The notes below the pieces were generated by a model. The model saw only the letters and a list, made by a program, of their open reading frames with translations. It was not told where the DNA came from and made no database searches. The position numbers were made by a program, and so were the translations under genes. A stretch of DNA of 64,000 nucleotides, from the NCBI GenBank assembly GCA_052279835.1, contig CP181291.1, positions 1,440,001 to 1,504,000 on the forward strand, given 5' to 3'. This DNA comes from Microcoleus sp. GTDB lineage: Bacteria > Cyanobacteriota > Cyanobacteriia > Cyanobacteriales > Microcoleaceae. Shown here piece by piece: positions 1-10,139 of the stretch. Positions within the stretch are counted from its first letter, which is position 1; every line of letters starts with the position of its first letter.

Positions 1-524
1 GGCGTAGTTTTCCAGACATCTGCTGTAATCACTGCCATCATTGCTAAAGTTGGATCTCCCAGCCAACTAATGCTTGTTTTAATTAATCCCAAACGGATCA
101 AAAAGTCGTTAACTACGCCGTATTGATCGTTAAAAACCCATGCCCAAGCTACTCCCATTAATGCCGTGGGCAGTGCCCAAGGTAGCAGAGAAATTGTCCG
201 CACAATCCCGCGCCCAGGGAAAGATTGATTTAAGACTAAGGCAATGCCCATACCCAGAATTAATTCCACCACCACAGAAACAACAGTAAATACTGTAGTG
301 TTGCTCAAGGTTTGCCAAAAACGTCCATCGCCTAACATACGATGGTAATTAGCAAAACCGGAAAAAACCAGTTTGAGTTCAGTACCAAGGTTTTGGGTGA
401 ATAAACTTAACCAAAAAGCGCGCAATATTGGGTAAGCAAATACTAACAGCAGAATTATTAAAGCTGGTGCTACTAATATCCATCCGGTTCTTTGTTCGCG
501 CTGTCGCATTATGTCTGATTTCAT
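1..524 (-). CDS. Carbohydrate ABC transporter permease (runs off window edge)
   Basis: Not in ORF track. Manual translation from ATG at 524: MKSDIMRQREQRTGWILVAPALIILLLVFAYP...LPWALPT...WLGDPTLAM...ADVWKTTP, a MalF/UgpA-type signature. Lies directly downstream of the solute-binding gene. Confidence 0.9.
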   Translation of the reverse strand, partial: MKSDIMRQREQRTGWILVAPALIILLLVFAYPILRAFWLSLFTQNLGTELKLVFSGFANYHRMLGDGRFWQTLSNTTVFTVVSVVVELILGMGIALVLNQSFPGRGIVRTISLLPWALPTALMGVAWAWVFNDQYGVVNDFLIRLGLIKTSISWLGDPTLAMMAVITADVWKTT

Positions 525-544
525 AGGGAAGTAACTTATTCTTT

Positions 545-1858
545 CTACTGAGCTTGTTTAAAACTGCCTAATAAATTGCGAGTTTCGCTAGCAGCAGTTG
601 TCATCGCTTTTTCTGAAGTCATTTTTCCGGTAAAAGCCGCACTCAAATATCTTTGCAAAATATCTGAAGCTTGAGCATATTGAGCGATAGCAGGACGCAA
701 AGCGGATTTTTCTACTACTTTTAAAAGCTGCGGGTAGTGGGGATATTGGGTGACAATCTTTGGATCTAAAAACAGAGATTTGTAACTGGGAACTAACCCG
801 GTTTCTAAAATAAATTTGCGCTGGGTTTCCTCGCTAGTAAGGTATTGAATGGCTCTCCATGCTTGCTGTGGATGTTTTGAGGTTTTGGCTATTCCCCAGC
901 CCCAGCCACCCAAACAGGAACCGCCTTGTTTACCGACACTGCTGAGCATTGGTGCGATCGCGATTTTGTCTTTGACTTTCGATCCTGCCGTATTCGCTAG
1001 CCTCCAAACATAGGGCCAGTTTCGCAAGAACAGCGATTTACCGCTTTGAAACAATAGCCTGGTTTCTTCTTCGCCGTAGGTGCTGACACCAGCAGGTGAA
1101 ATTCCAGAGGCGATCGTACTTTTGAGAAATTCAACAGCTTTAATTGCCTCCGGTTTATCTAGCCCAACTTCAAAGGTGTCAGGGTTCGCCCAGAAGCCGC
1201 CAAAGCCAGCTAGTACCTCGACAAACATCGCAGATACTCCCTCATATTGTTTGCCTTGCCACAGATAACCCCATGTGGTTTTTCCCTGTTTTTGCAATTT
1301 TTGAGAGATGCTAAACATCTCTTCAAAAGTTTGGGGTGGTTTAATTCCAGCTTGCTCTAAGATGTCTTTGCGGTAATAGAACATTCCGGCATCGGAAGCG
1401 TGGGGAATCCGGTAAAGTTTGCCTCGATACCGTCCGCCTTCGACGTTACCTTTGATAAATTTTGAAAGTTGTTGGGGGGAAATTTTGTTTGTTAAATCGA
1501 GCACCCATCCGGCGGCGGCAAATTTGGGAACCCAGACAATATCCATGTTGATGATGTCGTAGGGCGAATCGCCTAACAAAAAGGCAGATGTGTAAAGATT
1601 TTCTACGAGGTTGCTATCAAATGGCCCTTCGATGAGGTTGATGCGAATGTCGGGGTTTTTTTGTTCAAATTCTTGGATGAAGGGTTTCCAGTTCACAATG
1701 TCTTGGCCCTGCATTAACATTGTCAAGACTACTGGCTGCTGGGTGAGGGCTGGGAGGATAAATAGGAACAAGAAGGTGACTAGGGTGAGGGTGAATAGGG
1801 CTAATAAAGTGGGTGGCTTTTGCCACCCCCATGAAGGTGGGGAGTTGATTTTGTGCAT
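545..1858 (-). CDS. Sugar ABC transporter substrate-binding protein (family 1)
   Basis: N-terminal hydrophobic anchor; DIVWVPKFA, YYRKDIL, FLRNWPY and LGGWGWGI motifs; adjacent permease. Confidence 0.9.
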   Translation of the reverse strand: MHKINSPPSWGWQKPPTLLALFTLTLVTFLFLFILPALTQQPVVLTMLMQGQDIVNWKPFIQEFEQKNPDIRINLIEGPFDSNLVENLYTSAFLLGDSPYDIINMDIVWVPKFAAAGWVLDLTNKISPQQLSKFIKGNVEGGRYRGKLYRIPHASDAGMFYYRKDILEQAGIKPPQTFEEMFSISQKLQKQGKTTWGYLWQGKQYEGVSAMFVEVLAGFGGFWANPDTFEVGLDKPEAIKAVEFLKSTIASGISPAGVSTYGEEETRLLFQSGKSLFLRNWPYVWRLANTAGSKVKDKIAIAPMLSSVGKQGGSCLGGWGWGIAKTSKHPQQAWRAIQYLTSEETQRKFILETGLVPSYKSLFLDPKIVTQYPHYPQLLKVVEKSALRPAIAQYAQASDILQRYLSAAFTGKMTSEKAMTTAASETRNLLGSFKQAQ

Positions 1859-2009
1859 GATGTTGTCAGAAAGAGAATTGTGCGATCGCTATTTCTCTCA
1901 TAACTCGCTTTCTGTTGTTTCACGGGATTTAGCCAGTTTGTGCAATAAAAATTTAAGTTAACTTAAGCTTACTTAATAATACGGGAGTGCAGAGTATCAA
2001 AGGGGGCTG

Positions 2010-2139
2010 ATATAAAATCCTCTCTTCATCGTCCTGTATTAAACTCTCTCTTCTCTTGCTTCGCGTCCTACCCTACGGGAACGGCTTCGCCGAACGCGCC
2101 TTTGCGGTTAAATCATTCCGATACAACCGGAATTGATAT
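2010..2139. mobile_element. MITE-like dispersed element (ATAT(C/A)AA(A/T)TCC...GGA(A/T)TTGATAT family)
   Basis: Imperfect terminal inverted repeats. The last ~30 bp are the near-identical reverse complement of 53662-53693. Related copy at 58998. Confidence 0.6.
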
Positions 2140-2183
2140 GACGGATGACTTCTTCCTTGTTGCTTCTACTTATTTCTAAATAC

Positions 2184-2217
2184 AAAAAACACCGCTCCTC
2201 GAAATAGGAGAACGGTG
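2184..2217 (-). terminator. Probable intrinsic terminator of the DUF4912 gene
   Basis: Hairpin CACCG-CTCCT..AGGAG-AACGGTG followed by T6 on the minus strand. Confidence 0.6.
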
Positions 2218-2343
2218 CATAGGGGGTGTTATGGGTTGTTGTCTGGGATTAACCCTAACAAATCAGTTTTGTGCTCTGGCAAGGCCTTGTGATGGTTCAG
2301 AAATTGGCACAGAGCTTGGCGATCGCCCCATCGATCGTGGTTA

Positions 2344-3720
2344 TTAACCCAACCACTCAACCACAGCATCTTCCTTGGTATTGGTGTTCCGTTGAGGGGT
2401 TTCGCGCTCAAATTTCATGTGGACGGCGCGGTTTTGTTCGCCATCGGCGGCTACTGCAAAAATCGGATAGTCGATCGAGCCATCTTGGAAAGACATCTGG
2501 AAGCGGAAAGTGCCATCAGCATTCAGCTTGATCTGTTGTCCGCCAATGTATACAGTCGCGTCAGGTTCCGTAGCACCATAGACGATCAGTTCCGCATCAG
2601 CAACCAACCAGAACTGACGGGGGCGCATCGGTGCTGCGAAGCCAACTCCAGACATACCAGCACCGGACATGGTGAGGCCAGACATACCCACACCGGACAT
2701 GGTGAGGCCAGACATACCCACACCGGACATGGTGAGAGCGGACATACCAGCACCGGACATGGTGAGAGCGGACATACCAGCACCGGACATGGTGAGAGCC
2801 GACATGGCCGGAGCAGCCCACATACCCACACCGGAGGGGAAAACGTAGGAACTTAAAGCTTGTTCGTGGATGCCCACTTGCTGAACCGAACCTGCGACGT
2901 GCTGCATCGATCCGAAGACAGAACCTGCGACGCGCAAGGATTCCGCCGATTCTGCCATACCAAATATTTGCTGGTAAATGCCGTTACCGTTGCTGTAAGC
3001 GGCGGCTGTTGCTGCGGCCATTTTCTTGGCCGGAGGAACCAGTTCGGCGAAGGTTTTGCCGCGCAAGTCTTCTTCCCAGTCCAGGGTGATGAATTGGTCT
3101 TCGATCCAGTCACTCGGATAGACTGGCGGGACGCGGACTTGGGTCGATCGCGCTAATACCAACCAACGGCCGTCGGCGCAGCGGTAGCCGATGTCGATCG
3201 CATAATCCCGATCGCTTACAGGGATTGGGACGTACCATTCGCGGGCTAGTTCGTCGCAAGGATATTCTTGGATGCTGTGCGGGCTTTGAGTTTCGAGGTT
3301 AACATCTGTGACGTCGTAGATCCGCAGGGCCAGTTGCTGTCCACCTAGACGCCGCATTTCTTGTTTGCGATCGTTGGAAATATCCCAGTAGGTATAAGCC
3401 CATTCCGGGTCTCGCGGCATCAAAACAACCCGACTTTCGCCGTACCCGTTGGGCAAATCTGCTAAACCTTCATCGACAGAGGAAAGAGAACCACCTGTCC
3501 GATCTTCTTGACCTAGTTCAAATTTTGTTGCTTCCACTGCTTCTTGCGCCTCTATTTTACGAGATGGACTGTATGAAAATTTGGTACGCTGAATTTCTTG
3601 AATTGATGCCAGAAGTTGCGATTTCCGCATCCGGCTGTAGCGGGAGACTCCACATTCGCTAGCTACTTTGCGTAGTTGCCGCAAAGTCATCTCTTCTAAT
3701 GGTGGGCGTTCTTTTGCCAT
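2344..3720 (-). CDS. DUF4912 protein with N-terminal Rho-termination-factor-N-like domain
   Basis: MAKERPPLEEMTLRQLRKVA...YSRMRKSQL (Rho-N like); LMPRDPEWAYTYWD and FWLVADAELIVYGATEP (DUF4912). Start placed at ATG 3720 rather than 3837. Confidence 0.85.
   Translation of the reverse strand: MAKERPPLEEMTLRQLRKVASECGVSRYSRMRKSQLLASIQEIQRTKFSYSPSRKIEAQEAVEATKFELGQEDRTGGSLSSVDEGLADLPNGYGESRVVLMPRDPEWAYTYWDISNDRKQEMRRLGGQQLALRIYDVTDVNLETQSPHSIQEYPCDELAREWYVPIPVSDRDYAIDIGYRCADGRWLVLARSTQVRVPPVYPSDWIEDQFITLDWEEDLRGKTFAELVPPAKKMAAATAAAYSNGNGIYQQIFGMAESAESLRVAGSVFGSMQHVAGSVQQVGIHEQALSSYVFPSGVGMWAAPAMSALTMSGAGMSALTMSGAGMSALTMSGVGMSGLTMSGVGMSGLTMSGAGMSGVGFAAPMRPRQFWLVADAELIVYGATEPDATVYIGGQQIKLNADGTFRFQMSFQDGSIDYPIFAVAADGEQNRAVHMKFERETPQRNTNTKEDAVVEWLG
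2651..2805 (-). repeat. Coding 30-bp tandem repeat (about 5 copies; MSG(A/V)GMS(A/G)LT)
   Basis: GACATACC(A/C)(G/A)CACCGGACATGGTGAG... repeated with a period of 30. Confidence 0.95.
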
Positions 3721-4288
3721 AAATTTTTTCTCCACTAATTTTGGATGGCGGGTTAGGTTTTCCGGCAACATACAATAAATATGTTGACTTTTTGAGGTAG
3801 AAACTCTTGATAACAGCAAATATGCTTGAGCTTCCAAACCTCTCCAACCTTTGAAGCCTTGCTTGTTTTCACTTAGTTAAGTCCCCCATATGGAGGCTAT
3901 AACTTGTTGGCTTCCGCGCGCTACATCCGGTCTAGCTAAAGGTTTTCCCTCGATTTTTACTCGACAAAATCGATGAGAGTGAGTGCGATCGATGCTACTA
4001 CCAATGCTATTGATCGCAGCTCGGACGCTCTTTGACTCGCAGAAATGCTTATTCACAGCATTTCTTCGGGATCGCTTTGTCATGGTTTAATAATGCAGAC
4101 AATTTACGGTCTGGTCAAGGGGTTTTTCGCCTCAATCATGGGTACTTATACGCATTTTCGTGATTTTGGGGATCAATATGTCATGAAATCTTGACATCTT
4201 TTGCTTATGGGGATCTGGATTGGGCTAAATGTTAGAATTTCCTGACATTTTTGTGGTTGGGGGCGATCGGGGTTTTACGGATGGGTGG

Positions 4289-4358
4289 CCAGAAACCGGG
4301 TTTTTTTGATAAAACTTTGTCAAAGCACCCAAAAACTCATAAAAACCCGGTTTCTTTG
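4289..4358. repeat. Inverted-repeat element AGAAACCGGGTTTTT...AAAAACCCGGTTTCT
   Basis: Perfect ~15-bp inverted arms with a ~35-bp spacer. Confidence 0.7.
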
Positions 4359-4364
4359 GTCTGA

Positions 4365-4445
4365 GATGATGCACAATTATTTTTTGGACGTGATTCGCAA
4401 ATAGAAGAATTAGAAAATGCTACTGAAATCCAAAACTTTTTTTTA
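4365..4445 (+). pseudogene. Short remnant resembling the start of a STAND-type NTPase domain
   Basis: Reads DDAQLFFGRDSQIEELENATEIQNF, similar to the 'FFGRE' motif before nSTAND1 P-loops. No start or continuation. Confidence 0.35.
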
Positions 4446-4674
4446 GCAACAGATCGTAGCGTCCGACAGCGCCTTCTCCTGGAAGTAGTTGAGGTATGTT
4501 ATTTACGATCTTTTCTCCGACATATTTCAGCTACGCAATATTTCATAAATTTATCATAAAAAAATAGCAAAGCTTTGTATAATTAGTACAAGGTTACTTT
4601 AAAAAACCGATATAACCCTGTAAGGTTTTGTGACACAATAGAATAGGTAATAGCCGATCGCGAGGCCGCCCAGT

Positions 4675-5250
4675 ATGCTCCAAACCACCATTACCATTCC
4701 CCAAACCTTCAAAGTAACTGACGAACAGTTCCAGCAAATTGCTGCCGTCAACCGTGACTTAAGGCTAGAGAGAACTGCTACAGGAGAATTAATCGTTATG
4801 GCACCCACAGGAAGCGAGACAGGCAATCGAAACCAAGATATGTCAGGACAACTCTGGCTGTGGAATCGCCAAACCAAGCTAGGAGTAGTATTTGACTCTT
4901 CTAGCGGTTTTAAACTGCCCAATGGTGCCGATCGCTCCCCAGATGCCTCCTGGGTTAAATTAGAAAGATGGCAAACTCTCACACCAAAAGAACGAGAAGG
5001 CTTCGCTCCCCTTTGTCCAGACTTTGTAGTAGAATTGCGCTCTAAATCTGACAACATGGAACCATTGCGAGAAAAAATGCGAGAATATATCGCGAATGGA
5101 GCTAGTTTGGGATGGTTAATCGATCGCAAAAACCAGAAAGTCGAGATATACAGACAAAATCACGATGTGGAAATATTAGATAGTCCCAGCACTTTATCCG
5201 GGGAAAATGTATTGCCGGGATTTGTCTTAGATTTAACAAATGTTTGGTAG
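4675..5250 (+). CDS. Uma2 family (DUF820) endonuclease
   Basis: LERTATGELIVM, FDSSSGFKLPNGADRSPDASW, PDFVVELRS, LGWLID motifs. Confidence 0.95.
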   Translation: MLQTTITIPQTFKVTDEQFQQIAAVNRDLRLERTATGELIVMAPTGSETGNRNQDMSGQLWLWNRQTKLGVVFDSSSGFKLPNGADRSPDASWVKLERWQTLTPKEREGFAPLCPDFVVELRSKSDNMEPLREKMREYIANGASLGWLIDRKNQKVEIYRQNHDVEILDSPSTLSGENVLPGFVLDLTNVW

Positions 5251-5255
5251 TAAAA

Positions 5256-5415
5256 CTAAATCCAGATTTGATAATTATCTCTCAGTCGGCGGAGGCCGAC
5301 TTTGTTTGTATAGCTGCGGTTTCAACCGCCGAGTATTTCTAAATCCAGATTTGATAATTATCTCTCAGTCGGCGGAGGCCGACTTTGTTTGTATAGCTGC
5401 GGTTTCAACCGCCGA
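5256..5415. repeat. Tandem duplication (period 83 bp) of a REP-like hairpin element
   Basis: Two identical ~77-bp copies containing AGTCGGCGGAGGCCGACT and GCGGTTTCAACCGC. Relatives at 7118-7165 and, reversed, at 52103-52152. Confidence 0.9.
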
Positions 5416-5493
5416 TCGATACAGTTGCAAAAAGATTCAACAACCGCAATATAATAAATTACAGCAGTACATCAACCTCAAATATCAAATCCC

Positions 5494-7107
5494 ATGGCCC
5501 TAACGCTTTACAACAGCTTGACTCGTCGCGAATCAGCTTTTGAACCCATCGAACCACAAAAGGTGCGGATGTACTGCTGTGGCGTTACGGTGTACGATTA
5601 CTGCCATGTCGGCCACGCCCGCGCTTACATCGTGTGGGACATGGTGCGCCGATACTTGATGTGGCGCGGATACGAAGTTCGCTACGTCCAAAATTTTACC
5701 GATATTGACGACAAAATTCTCAACCGCGCCCGCGAAACAAATTCCACAATGGAAGCCGTAGCCCAACGCTTCATCGACGAATACTTCGCAGACATGGACA
5801 AGTTGAATATTCTTAGGGCAGATGAATATCCCCGCGCCACTCACACAATGGACGGCATAAAAAAGCTGATTCACGAATTAGAAAATAAAGGCTATGCCTA
5901 TGCCTCTGGCGGCGACGTTTACTACAATGTGAGGCAGTTTGCCGATTACGGAAAGCTTTCGGGCCGCAAGTTAGAAGAAATGCAGGCTGGGGCTAGCGGT
6001 AGATTGGAAACAGAAGGAATAGAAGCTCAAAAAAAGCAAAACTCGTCTGATTTTGCTCTGTGGAAAAGTGCTAAACCAGGGGAACCTGCTTGGGATTCAT
6101 CTTGGGGAAAAGGCCGCCCCGGATGGCACATTGAATGTTCGGCGATGGTGCGCGATTGCTTGGGCGAAACTATTGACATTCACTGCGGTGGTTCCGATTT
6201 AATTTTTCCGCACCATGAGAACGAAATTGCTCAATCTGAAGCGGCGACGGGGAAGTTGCTTGCTAATTATTGGATGCACAATGCTTTTGTGACTGTCAAT
6301 GGCAAAAAGATGTCTAAGTCGTTGCACAATTTTATTACAATTCGCGATTTATTGGAGGGGAATTGGTCTGGTGATTTGGAGTCTGATTCCCCCTCAGAGG
6401 GCGGGCACGGGGGCACCGCCCCTACAAAGGGGGGGAGTCAGAATGAATCTGACCCCCCCCAGCTCCCCCTTACCAAGGGGGAGAGTAAGATTCAAAGCGA
6501 CAATGCAAAAGCGGTTGAGCCGATGGCGGTGAGGCTGTTTGTGTTGATGGCGCAGTACCGCAGTCAGATTGATTTTACCGAAGAGGCGATCGCCAATGCT
6601 CAAAATGGCTGGAAAACTCTGAAGGAAGGCTTACTTTTTGGTACTCAACACGGTTCTACACTGGGTTGGGATGCTGAGAAAAATTATGATTTGACTCCAC
6701 AAGATAGCACATTTGTGCAGCAATTTCAAGCAGCTATGGATGATGATTTTAATACGCCCGCTGCTTTGACTGTGCTGTTTGAATTGGCTAAGGAATTGGG
6801 TAAGGAAGGTAATGTTTTGGTACATCAAGGGAAAACCGAAACACCTGCGGAATTGTTGCAGCCAAAATGGCTAACTTTGGTGAATTTGGCGGGTGTTTTG
6901 GGTTTGGAATTTTCGCCGGAAGCTGAGACTAAAATCTCGGTTGGTGGTTTGACGGATGCAGAGATTGAGGCGATGATTCAGCAGCGGAAAGATGCCCGGA
7001 AAGCGAAGAATTTTGCTGAGGGCGATCGCCTTCGCAATGAACTTCAGGATAAAGGGATTACTTTAATCGATCAAAAAGATGGTACAACTATCTGGCATCG
7101 TGGTTAA
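5494..7107 (+). CDS. cysS: Cysteine--tRNA ligase, with in-frame repeat-derived insertion
   Basis: CGVTVYDYCHVGHAR (HIGH), GRPGWHIECS and KMSKS motifs. Confidence 0.98.
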   Translation: MALTLYNSLTRRESAFEPIEPQKVRMYCCGVTVYDYCHVGHARAYIVWDMVRRYLMWRGYEVRYVQNFTDIDDKILNRARETNSTMEAVAQRFIDEYFADMDKLNILRADEYPRATHTMDGIKKLIHELENKGYAYASGGDVYYNVRQFADYGKLSGRKLEEMQAGASGRLETEGIEAQKKQNSSDFALWKSAKPGEPAWDSSWGKGRPGWHIECSAMVRDCLGETIDIHCGGSDLIFPHHENEIAQSEAATGKLLANYWMHNAFVTVNGKKMSKSLHNFITIRDLLEGNWSGDLESDSPSEGGHGGTAPTKGGSQNESDPPQLPLTKGESKIQSDNAKAVEPMAVRLFVLMAQYRSQIDFTEEAIANAQNGWKTLKEGLLFGTQHGSTLGWDAEKNYDLTPQDSTFVQQFQAAMDDDFNTPAALTVLFELAKELGKEGNVLVHQGKTETPAELLQPKWLTLVNLAGVLGLEFSPEAETKISVGGLTDAEIEAMIQQRKDARKAKNFAEGDRLRNELQDKGITLIDQKDGTTIWHRG

Positions 7108-7156
7108 AACTAAATCTTAGTCTGCGGAGGCAGACTTTGTTCGTGTAGACGCGGTT

Positions 7157-8125
7157 TCAACCGCAGAATTCTCTTTTATTTAACTTATTCACAAACTTCG
7201 CCACAGCACCAACAAATTCTGCGGTAGACTCATAAGGTAAAACATTGCGCCCCGGCATTAATAAACCTTCCGCACTGGGAAAATTAGCTAAATATTGTGC
7301 TAATCTTTCCTCCGGTTTTTCTTCCTTACCAGCTTGACTAATACTTGAAGCTTGTTCTCCCATGATGACGAGTGCGGGGCAATCGCACTTTTGGATAGTG
7401 CTACTATAATCCTGCCGCCAAAAACCCGCTAAAAACGAAAAAACCGCATGACGGCTGTCAGGATTAGCCGCCCCAGCCTGCAAAGCATCCAACCATTCGC
7501 TGTCAACTTTTGCCGCATCCCCAAACAGTTGTTTAATGGAAAAAGAGCGCAGAAATTCGGCGCGTCTGGCGTAGCGGTAAAACGCATTTCCCAAGGGAGA
7601 ATCTAACAAATTCCACACAATTCTTTGCTGCTGTGCAGTAGAATGTTTGTTCATTACTCCCCAAGCCGGAGGCCCAGCCAGCACTAGCCCCTGGATTAAA
7701 TTCCAGCCGCTTTCCTGCTGATTTTTGGCTAAAGCTAAGGCTACTGATAATAAAGCACCTTGCACCAGGACGATCGCAGGTTTTTTGACTACAGTCTCCA
7801 AGAAAAACTGCAACTGTGCCGCCCAATCGTCAGGATAGCAGGCTACAGCGGGCATTTCACAATCACCACAGCCCAAAAGATCGGGATTGTAAATCGGATT
7901 GCTATAGCCGGCTTCGTTCCAGCTTTCGCAAAATCTGCGCCAAAAGACCCTTGACAAACCAACTCCTATAGGATGAATTAATAACAAAGGAATACTATCT
8001 TCAGTTGCAGTAGTTGGGCGGTAAACTTCATAAGCACAGCGATAACTTTGCCATTCATAAAACAGCGTTGGTGATTTTATTGACAAAATGGCTGACACAT
8101 CTTGAGTTGAAGATTGCGGTTGCAT
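7157..8125 (-). CDS. Alpha/beta fold hydrolase
   Basis: LLLIHPIGVG, NPDLLGCG, GRNVLPYE; cyanobacterial Abhydrolase-type protein. Confidence 0.8.
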   Translation of the reverse strand: MQPQSSTQDVSAILSIKSPTLFYEWQSYRCAYEVYRPTTATEDSIPLLLIHPIGVGLSRVFWRRFCESWNEAGYSNPIYNPDLLGCGDCEMPAVACYPDDWAAQLQFFLETVVKKPAIVLVQGALLSVALALAKNQQESGWNLIQGLVLAGPPAWGVMNKHSTAQQQRIVWNLLDSPLGNAFYRYARRAEFLRSFSIKQLFGDAAKVDSEWLDALQAGAANPDSRHAVFSFLAGFWRQDYSSTIQKCDCPALVIMGEQASSISQAGKEEKPEERLAQYLANFPSAEGLLMPGRNVLPYESTAEFVGAVAKFVNKLNKREFCG

Positions 8126-8166
8126 ATTATTTTTTTGTGCAGAAGTTAGTTTTTATTATAGTATAA

Positions 8167-8225
8167 GTAGGGGCGGCTTTCACCCTAATAATTTTGGGTA
8201 AAAGAAGAGATAGATAAACCCACCC
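8167..8225. repeat. GTAG-family REP-like element
   Basis: GTAGGGGCGG...AAACCCACCC; relatives at 44369 and 49321. Confidence 0.6.
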
Positions 8226-8251
8226 TCTTAGACTACATTTATTATTTAATT

Positions 8252-9364
8252 ATGTCAGAACAGCGGATAACTATTTCTTTACCTAACTTGCTGCTCATCA
8301 TAGCATCTTCCTTGCTGTTATTGCTGCTGTGGCAATTGCGGAGCCTGTTAGTAATTATCATGATCTCAGTCGTGCTCGCCGCTTCCATCGTACCCATAGT
8401 CAATTGGGCCGAAACCAGGCGGATTCCCCGCTGGCTGGCAGTGATTATGGTTTATTTAGCTCTCATCGGCGGATTTAGTGGCACTGTAGTATTAATTGGC
8501 CCCACAGTCATCGAACAAATAGAATTACTGCTGCGACAGTTACCAGTTTATGCCGAAAGTCTAGAAACCGCCGCCACCAGCTTAGCAAGTCGCTTAACTG
8601 ACGATGCACCAAGCTTGGTGGGACAATTGTTGGATACTCAATCCTTGACTAATTGGCTGATTCGATCGAGTCAACAACTGGTTTTGCGATCCTATAGTTT
8701 AACCAGAGGCATTCTCGGCGGTTTCTTCAGTTTAGTTTTAGCCTTATTTATTTCAGGTTACATGGTAGCCGACAGCGAAACCTTAATTAACAGTTTAGTG
8801 CAGTTTTTCCCCAAACCTTGGGATGAAAGATTAGCAGCCCAAGCTACACCGATTGGTCAAAGAATGGGAAGTTACATTCGCGGGCGATTTTTAGTTTCCG
8901 GGATTTTAGGTCTATTCATTACCACGGGTTTGAGCATTTTGGGAATGCCGGAATTTTCTTTAGGCTTAGGTGCGATCGCAGGCGTGACCAACCTAATTCC
9001 CTTCATCGGCCCGGTATTGGGAGCAGTGCCAGCATTAATCGTAGCATTAGCTAAAGGTGGTTGGGTACTTTTATGGGTATTGCTATTATTTGCGATCGTC
9101 CAAAACTTAGAAACTTACGTCCTCGATCCTTTATTGGTCGGTTCATCCGTAGGAGTTCATCCTTTGTATCAATTACTATCGGTTTTAGGAGGGGTTCAAG
9201 TATTGGGAATTATCGGGGCGGTGATTGTGCCACCTTGGTTTGCAGGAGTTGCTGCTTTGATTGAAAACTTGTATTTAAAACCCAAGCTGAGGGGCGAACA
9301 TAGGTCAGCATTAACTGAGGCTAAAAACAATTCGGACTTACCGCCTGTGACACCTTCGATGTGA
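8252..9364 (+). CDS. AI-2E family transporter
   Basis: Multiple TM segments; NLIPFIGP, QNLETYVLDP and GVHP motifs. Confidence 0.92.
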   Translation: MSEQRITISLPNLLLIIASSLLLLLLWQLRSLLVIIMISVVLAASIVPIVNWAETRRIPRWLAVIMVYLALIGGFSGTVVLIGPTVIEQIELLLRQLPVYAESLETAATSLASRLTDDAPSLVGQLLDTQSLTNWLIRSSQQLVLRSYSLTRGILGGFFSLVLALFISGYMVADSETLINSLVQFFPKPWDERLAAQATPIGQRMGSYIRGRFLVSGILGLFITTGLSILGMPEFSLGLGAIAGVTNLIPFIGPVLGAVPALIVALAKGGWVLLWVLLLFAIVQNLETYVLDPLLVGSSVGVHPLYQLLSVLGGVQVLGIIGAVIVPPWFAGVAALIENLYLKPKLRGEHRSALTEAKNNSDLPPVTPSM

Positions 9365-9525
9365 CAGCAATTAACCACAATAGGTCTAGGGGCAGATGCA
9401 CCAAGAAGAATATTTTGCCCCTGGGATTGAAAGCCCGTGCAGGAATTAGTTCAAATAGGGTGGGACACACCGGAATTAACACTTGGGGACAGACCGACCT
9501 CTACCCATTGGTGGTGACATTGAAT
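9365..9525 (+). pseudogene. Probable decayed 3' end of an IS200/IS605 tnpB
   Basis: KKNILPLGLK...VGHTGINTWGQTDL resembles the post-RuvC-III tail of cyanobacterial TnpB; the catalytic DRD motif is lost. Confidence 0.45.
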
Positions 9526-10139
9526 GCGGATACCACGCCCCAAACGGGCCGCAGCCGTCGTTGGGAGTGAAAACTTATTTTTAATCAACATCTCGCCAGA
9601 ACCTGAAAAAGCAGGGTTAGAATTTGGAGAATATACCCTTGCTGAAGGATGCCAAACAGCCTGGGCCTTGGGAATAAGTCAGCGTAGCTAAAAAAATAGA
9701 CTACCCAGATACCCGACAAATTCTGCGAACTCGAGTATCAGAAGTGCGATCGGATTATAGGTTCGATTCGAGACTTGAGATTGGAGAATCAGTCCCACCG
9801 ATCGCTCCAACGCTCCTTTATAAACCAACTAATGCCCATTCTTCCCAAGTCATAAATCTTTAACAAAAACCCAAAATTTGCCTACCCAACCATCGGCCAT
9901 TACGGATATATTGGCGAAAAATGCCTTTTGGCGACAAATCAAAATTTTACGTGTAAATTTGATCGAGTCCGAAAAAAAAACAGCCGTCAACATCTCAACA
10001 AAAAGTGAGTTTAAACGTTCTTCTCCTAGCAAGCACCTATGCCCTACCATCACTTAATAGCAAGTTTTTCCTTACCCGATCCCTGTCCCGTACCGCTGAC
10101 TGATACCCCAACGACTCTCCACCTGTTCCCCCAACGACA

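Noticed and set aside
2586..2856. Cys/His-rich repeat ORFs (CPVLVCP, HHVRC, HTSTGHGE) resembling metallothioneins or RiPP precursors
   Set aside because: Alternative frames of the 30-bp repeat inside the DUF4912 gene.
5256..5415. Possible mini-CRISPR
   Set aside because: Two 77-bp copies separated by only ~6 bp; a tandem duplication of a dispersed repeat.
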